A DNA stretch of 20,000 bases. Source: Emiliania huxleyi CCMP1516 (Eukaryota). Shown piece after piece: positions 17,701-20,000 of the stretch. Where the stretch lies: the NCBI RefSeq assembly GCF_000372725.1, contig NW_005201412.1, positions 179,268 through 199,267 on the forward strand, read 5' to 3'. How positions within the stretch are numbered: the stretch's first letter is position 1; every line of letters begins with the position of its first letter. The notes under the pieces were generated by a model. It was not told where the DNA came from, ran no database searches, and saw only the letters and a program-made list of their open reading frames with translations. The position numbers were made by a program, and so were the translations under genes.

Positions 17701-20000
17701 CGCTGTCAAAGCTCTCAATGTTCCGGAGAGAAAGGGCACCCTCGACCTTGAGTCGACCGTTGAACGTGCCCAGGTCCTCGAGCACGAGATGCGCCCCCGC
17801 AGGCACACTAATGCTGCCCACAACCTCGCTCTCGTCGTCGGCATCTTCGCTCACGCTAGCACCGACAATGTGGATCGGCATGGCGGCTGCAGGAACTTCG
17901 AGAGAACCGACGTCGAGCTTCTGCGAGAGAATGTTCTTTACGTCGACCCTGACATCCAAAGTCTCTCGCTCGCCCACTCGCTGAAGGATGTCGAGCGCCT
18001 CGGAGGTGCTGTGTGGAAAGTAGGTTGCAAAAGGCGGCGGCGGCGACGGCGACGGTGGCGTGGAGGGCGGTGGCGGCGTAGGCGGAGGAGAGGGCGGTGG
18101 TGGCAACGGCGAGGCGGAGGGCGGTGGCGGCGTGGGCGGAGGAGGCGCAGGTGGCGGCGGCGACGGCGGCGGTGGCGACGGCGGCTCGCAGGTCCATTGT
18201 AATTTGGACGAGCCTGCTGCGGCTGAATTACTACAAAAGAAGCCACCACCATGTTCCTCAGCAAGTTGAAAGCAGCGTGGCTCCGCGGTCGTGCAAATGC
18301 AGCTTCCAGTAGAATCTTCGCAGGTCGCGCCATCGCCGCCGCACAACCCGGAGGCTGTGCCGCAAATCAGCGAGGGCGGCGGAGTCGGTGGCGGAGGAGA
18401 GGACGGCGGCGGCGAGGGAGGCGGAGGGGCAGGTGGTGGTGGCGAGGGCGGCGGAGGGGCAGGTGGCGGCGGCGTGGGCGGCGGTGGCGACGGCGAGCCG
18501 GAGGGCGGCGGCGGCGAGGGAGGCGGAGGGGCAGGTGGCGGCGGCGCGGGCGGCGTCGAGGGTGGAGGCGGCGAGGGTGGCGGAGGCAACGGGGGATGGG
18601 AGGGTGGCGGTGGCGAGGGCGGTGGCGGAGAGGGCAGCGGCGAGGGTGGCGGCGAGGGCGGTGCACTCGGGGGTTCCTGGTGTACCACGAGGATGACGTT
18701 ATCATAAAAGTAATATTCATCCTCGACTGACTGCAGCTGACGACGTCGTCTTGTCCCGCTGCTCGCGTTAATCGCTAAGCGGCAGAGCTGGTATGTGCCC
18801 GCAGGCGCGTGATTCGCGAGGGGCGCCAGCGCGTCAGTTGTGTCCGGGCCCGGGTTGACCAGAACCAAGTCACTGAGGAGCACGAACTTTCCTGTCCCGG
18901 GAGGCTCCTCCCTCTTCTCGACAACGCCTCCATGGTCGTGGATGGTGCCGTCCCAATCACCATCGACCGAGTTGCCGAAGCTGTTCGTGATTGAGAAGGC
19001 CGAGGTGTTGAAGGCTTCATCGCACTCCTTGCCCTTGTGTTCGGCTGCATACTCCAGGCTCACCCACGTGACGCGGTCGCCCTCTTCGACGACGCCGCCA
19101 GCAAACTGCACCGCATAGAAGCTCCCTGTTCGGATGATGGTCGCAGAGATGTTTACCTCCGCTCCCTCCTCGACGGTGACAAGGATCCGAGGCGGAGGTG
19201 AAGGGGGCAGCGAGGGCGGCGGCGGCGGCGGTTGCGAGGGCGAGGGCGGCGAGGGCGGGGGCGGCGAGGGCGGCGGTGGGTTTGGCGGCGGAGGGGCAGG
19301 TGGCGGCGGTGTGGGAGGCGGCGGCGAGGGCGAGAGCGAGGGCGGCGGCGGCGACGGCGAGAGGGAGGGCGGCGGCGGCGGCGGCGGCGGCGGAGGCGGC
19401 GGGGGAGGCGCCTGCGGAGAGTTCGAAGGGGTCTTGGGAGGGAAGGATGGTGGCGGCGGGTTTGGCGGCGGGGGGGCGGGTGGCGGCGGCGTGGGAGGAG
19501 GCGGCGACGGCGAGAGCGAGGGCGGCGGCGGCGAGGGCGGCGGAGGGGCAGGTGGCGGCAGCATGGGAGGCGGCGGCGAGGGAGAGAGCGAGGGCGGCGG
19601 CGACGAGGGTGGCGGAGGCGCAGGTGGTGGCGGCGAGGGCGGCGGAGGGGTGGGTGGCGGCGGCATAGGAGGCGGCGGCGAGGGCGAGAGCGAGGGCGGC
19701 GGCGATGAGGGTGGCGCAGGGGCAGGTGGTGGTGGCGAGGGCGGCGGAGGGGCGGGTGGCGGTGGCATGGGAGGCGGCGGCGAGGGCGAGAGCGAGGGCG
19801 GCGGCGGCGAGGGTGAGAGCGAGGGCGGCGGCGATGAGGGTGGCGCAGGGGCAGGTGGTGGTGGCGAGGGCGGCGGAGGGGCGGGTGGCGGTGGCATGGG
19901 AGGCGGCGGCGAGGGCGAGAGCGAGGGCGGCGGCGGCGAGGGCGAGAGCGAGGGCGGCGACGGCGAGGGCGAGAGCGAGGGCGGCGGCGATGAGGGTGGC
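14717..20000 (-). CDS. Very large proline-rich (SPPPP, extensin-like) modular extracellular protein; 5' end lies beyond the window
   Basis: Open frame of more than 1726 aa continuing to the window edge; polyproline linkers separate globular modules including a duplicated 8-Cys domain, a C-type-lectin-like segment (TCPHGY..CVAFF..TRDNATRRCAEDGAALAQV..AAWT) and an RRRRQLQ dibasic processing motif. Confidence 0.85.
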   Translation of the reverse strand, partial: PPSSPPPSLSPSPSPPSLSPSPPPPSLSPSPPPPMPPPPAPPPPSPPPPAPAPPSSPPPSLSPSPPPPSLSPSPPPPMPPPPAPPPPSPPPPAPAPPSSPPPSLSPSPPPPMPPPPTPPPPSPPPPAPPPPSSPPPSLSPSPPPPMLPPPAPPPPSPPPPSLSPSPPPPTPPPPAPPPPNPPPPSFPPKTPSNSPQAPPPPPPPPPPPPPPSLSPSPPPPSLSPSPPPPTPPPPAPPPPNPPPPSPPPPSPPSPSQPPPPPPSLPPSPPPRILVTVEEGAEVNISATIIRTGSFYAVQFAGGVVEEGDRVTWVSLEYAAEHKGKECDEAFNTSAFSITNSFGNSVDGDWDGTIHDHGGVVEKREEPPGTGKFVLLSDLVLVNPGPDTTDALAPLANHAPAGTYQLCRLAINASSGTRRRRQLQSVEDEYYFYDNVILVVHQEPPSAPPSPPPSPLPSPPPPSPPPPSHPPLPPPPSPPPPSTPPAPPPPAPPPPSPPPPSGSPSPPPPTPPPPAPPPPSPPPPAPPPPSPPPSSPPPPTPPPSLICGTASGLCGGDGATCEDSTGSCICTTAEPRCFQLAEEHGGGFFCSNSAAAGSSKLQWTCEPPSPPPPSPPPPAPPPPTPPPPSASPLPPPPSPPPTPPPPSTPPSPSPPPPFATYFPHSTSEALDILQRVGERETLDVRVDVKNILSQKLDVGSLEVPAAAMPIHIVGASVSEDADDESEVVGSISVPAGAHLVLEDLGTFNGRLKVEGALSLRNIESFDSELGVVELTNDAAQAVVERSTVTYSTCPHGYHASPKAGPCVAFFDDDLATRDNATRRCAEDGAALAQVDMLGVDALGIARRLAQDVAASSTAAWTSSDGKWCASSAGCGNLETGHGAALCAVARRDWPFSRVDLVRGWRVAHAFPSFAAFQLALAASQLILDCSDCEIGLPGGFTATGEEEMRRGALSEGGGGRFALTLAGSSSEHTFLVGLDSFPLEGSRWFSDSELEPTCVEGECTYELGAFEFLPSRVHVINNGSQDVIVKRVQVHPLAVMKPGELANCSRVLVTPVPAGLRLASTADGPYSGPRDLRLDFGFSPGCDRLTRWVHPSSHGETKLVVRLSDERSELGILVEQLDGGGDEPRLAKRRDDPTTWDATVFSAVSGSLPGEFALQSVVYPPPPFPPGNAPVPPPPPPPPPLPPSPPPPSPPPASPTPPLLPPDLPSPPLLPPPPSPPPSPPPPASPPSPPPSPPPSPPPSPPPSPPPPCPGSYNGSMFACIDVGQPGSAPACYGNLEGVDYVNEHGGRCIYDEAYCLKVDWHNQCAILETELDAKCGAWDECAGAVCRPIYLHNGEQYCLARKVWDDTRVAPIADIRDDLWAYKKLRPPPTPPPSSPPTPTPPPPPICGTASGLCGGDGANCEDSTGSCICTTAEPRCFQLAEEHGGGFFCSNSAAAGSQWTCEPPSPDSPPLMPPSPPPSPPSPPSPPWPPLPPLPPPPSPPPQPPPPPLPPLPPPPPPSSPPPASPPPAMPPPQFPAVCVHSISLERFGRPIWKLSATDLFECPMLCAPHASGDCLHFSQERIWRLDLDMEELAGSSDPCAAVADVAISIESADGVERCTYEVPTFVESDHQSFEQYWEEESSTISEYIALHLTRPDVRTLSLSQPSLPPTRNQSSRVGDLEWQVPAHRRVVLGWDEGLSAALVNGNITVYGTLELLGVSVRNSAIIDTAEQEQINTTVRMLTPQVAAAGCQSAPGLLSSTSIHGASDAERHCLD
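15649..15879 (-). repeat. Copy 2 of a near-identical internal duplication encoding an 8-Cys module
   Basis: Matches 18175-18413 apart from a few substitutions and short indels, including a 9-nt indel (SKL). Confidence 0.95.
18175..18413 (-). repeat. Copy 1 of the 8-Cys module duplication
   Basis: Encodes ICGTASGLCGGDGATCEDSTGSCICTTAEPRCFQLAEEHGGGFFCSNSAAAGSSKLQWTCEPPSP. Confidence 0.95.
19190..20000 (-). repeat. Coding minisatellite of higher-order Pro/Ser units
   Basis: Recurring units such as MPPPPAPPPPSPPPPAPAPPSSPPPSLSPSPPPP and 27-nt SLSPSPPPP subunits. Confidence 0.9.

Noticed and set aside
15186..19708. Plus-strand Gly/Arg/Ala-rich ORFs
   Set aside because: Antisense shadows of the polyproline gene.
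13117..20000. Functional cluster of sulfotransferase and proline-rich surface protein
   Set aside because: Adjacency alone is not evidence; the genes are convergent and separated by repeat-like DNA.

Overview
GC-rich eukaryotic DNA whose intron style (mostly GC donors, 10-11 bp intronic tandem repeats, intronic TTAGGG tracts) suggests a haptophyte such as Emiliania/Gephyrocapsa huxleyi (inference). In order: an 8-exon plastid-targeted sufD (minus, 654-3251); a decayed CRE-like non-LTR retrotransposon fragment; an AT-rich segment bounded by inverted repeats; a 2-exon plastid-targeted membrane protein; a disrupted helicase-like fragment; an intronless CstF-50-like WD40 gene; a multi-exon Cys-less pentameric ligand-gated ion channel (pLGIC) with two tandem extracellular-type domains and C-terminal zinc-finger motifs; a Cys-rich frame broken by TGA; a secreted sulfotransferase; and a very large polyproline-linked modular surface protein running off the window end. 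The two most striking signals are (1) introns that appear built from duplications of flanking exon sequence filled with telomeric or other simple repeats, and (2) the unusual pLGIC architecture. All splice models and family calls were made by eye, without database searches.
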